A stretch of DNA of 64,000 nt, taken from the NCBI GenBank assembly GCA_016711505.1, contig JADJSV010000018.1, forward strand, positions 320,352 through 384,351, written 5' to 3'. Positions 63,462-64,000 of the stretch are shown here, piece after piece (the first letter of the stretch is position 1; each line of letters opens with the position of its first letter). Under the pieces are notes generated by a model. That model had not been told where the DNA came from, searched no databases, and saw only the letters and a list, made by a program, of their open reading frames with translations. The DNA is from Bacteroidota bacterium. GTDB taxonomy: Bacteria > Bacteroidota > Bacteroidia > AKYH767-A > 2013-40CM-41-45. Both the position numbers and the translations under genes were made by a program.

Positions 63462-64000
63462 ATGAAAAATTCAACAATATTAGGTAACAGCACTCTTCAA
63501 ATAAATCGAATCGGACTTGGCTGTATGGGAATGTCGGAGTTTTACGGCTCGTACAATGAATTAGAATCTGTCCGTACATTGCATAAGGCAATTGATCTGG
63601 GTGTTAATTTTTTCGACACTGCTGATATGTATGGTAGTGGCGCCAATGAAAAGTTAATTGGAAAAGCATTTAAAGGTAAATGGAATGAAGTTGTGTTGGC
63701 AACAAAATTCGCGGTGATGAGAGGTCCAAATGGCGAATGGCTAGGCTTAAATGGACAACCTGATTACATTCGAAAAGCTTGCGAGCAAAGTCTTTTAAAT
63801 TTAGGTATCGACGCTATTGATTTATACTATATGCATCGTCAGGCTCCTGATGTCGATATTGAGGTTATTGTAGGTGCAATGTCTGAATTGGTTAAACAAG
63901 GAAAAGTGAAATTTATAGGTTTATCGGAAGTGAATGCTGAAACTATAAGAAGAGCACATAAGATACATCCAATTACAGCTATCCAAAGTGAATATTCTTT
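63462..64000 (+). CDS. aldo/keto reductase (5' part; continues beyond the window)
   Basis: [27 protein letters not shown] signatures; not in the supplied ORF list because it has no stop. Confidence 0.7.
   Translation, partial: MKNSTILGNSTLQINRIGLGCMGMSEFYGSYNELESVRTLHKAIDLGVNFFDTADMYGSGANEKLIGKAFKGKWNEVVLATKFAVMRGPNGEWLGLNGQPDYIRKACEQSLLNLGIDAIDLYYMHRQAPDVDIEVIVGAMSELVKQGKVKFIGLSEVNAETIRRAHKIHPITAIQSEYS

Noticed and set aside
1-64000. Prophage, integrative element or defence island (integrase, transposase, restriction-modification, toxin-antitoxin, helicase/nuclease pairs)
   Set aside because: None of the translated ORFs shows integrase, transposase, nuclease, helicase or methylase motifs. 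The only mobile-DNA signatures are the two MITE-like copies and the duplicated AKR fragment.

Overview
Low-GC (about 35%) chromosomal segment that looks like a Bacteroidota genome (an assignment I make from the Bacteroidota-type promoter motif and the many T9SS sorting tails, not from any search). It carries about 55 protein genes, no rRNA or tRNA that I can support, no CRISPR array, and no integrase or transposase ORF.

Housekeeping and transport genes:
- thiL and a stand-alone phenylalanine-4-hydroxylase (phhA).
- A complete suf Fe-S cluster operon (sufA/iscA, sufB, sufC, sufD, sufS, sufE, sufT-like DUF59) followed by a DUF2480-like gene.
- Transporters: two MFS, an NhaP-type Na+/H+ antiporter, a ClC channel, an MscS channel.
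- A sugar-oxidation-looking cluster: GH15, a cyclase, a 6PGDH-like gene, an SDR, a SAM methyltransferase.
- Regulators: Crp/Fnr, a small winged-helix regulator, AraC, a PaiB-like protein, and a PAS sensor kinase-like protein.
- Three aldo/keto reductase (AKR) copies, one of them a decayed fragment.

Surface and secretion: eight cargo genes with type-A T9SS C-terminal sorting domains, plus one orphan sorting-domain remnant, lie in this 64 kb.

Most unusual locus: a secreted FGE-sulfatase-fold (GldJ/GldK-like) gene at 10911-12494 sits immediately upstream of a roughly 840-aa T9SS cargo protein at 12735-15279. That protein is built almost entirely from about 28 tandem 23-26-aa repeats, each with a GG-[SPA]-[YF]-D-G core and exactly one Cys. 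I do not recognise the repeat as a described family.

Other structure:
- A MITE-like palindromic element in two copies at 15297-15391 and 37853-37958.
- An imperfect AKR 3'-end direct duplication bracketing a 4.9-kb two-gene T9SS cargo cassette.
- A 34-bp perfect hairpin built from GTTCAAA heptamers, plus a second heptamer array, flanking the DUF2480 gene.
- Unusual fusions: a lipoprotein-anchored trypsin-like protease with a novel N-terminal region next to tandem OMP paralogs; a polytopic membrane protein with fascin-like beta-trefoil repeats; a polytopic membrane protein with a C-terminal LRR.

Caveat on pseudogene calls: at least a dozen genes, including essential sufB and sufC, are broken by single-base indels inside A/T/G homopolymer runs. 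This looks like systematic homopolymer miscalling in the assembly rather than real pseudogenes. I therefore give frameshifted genes their full inferred span, and give corrected start coordinates where the supplied ORF began on an upstream TTG/GTG.
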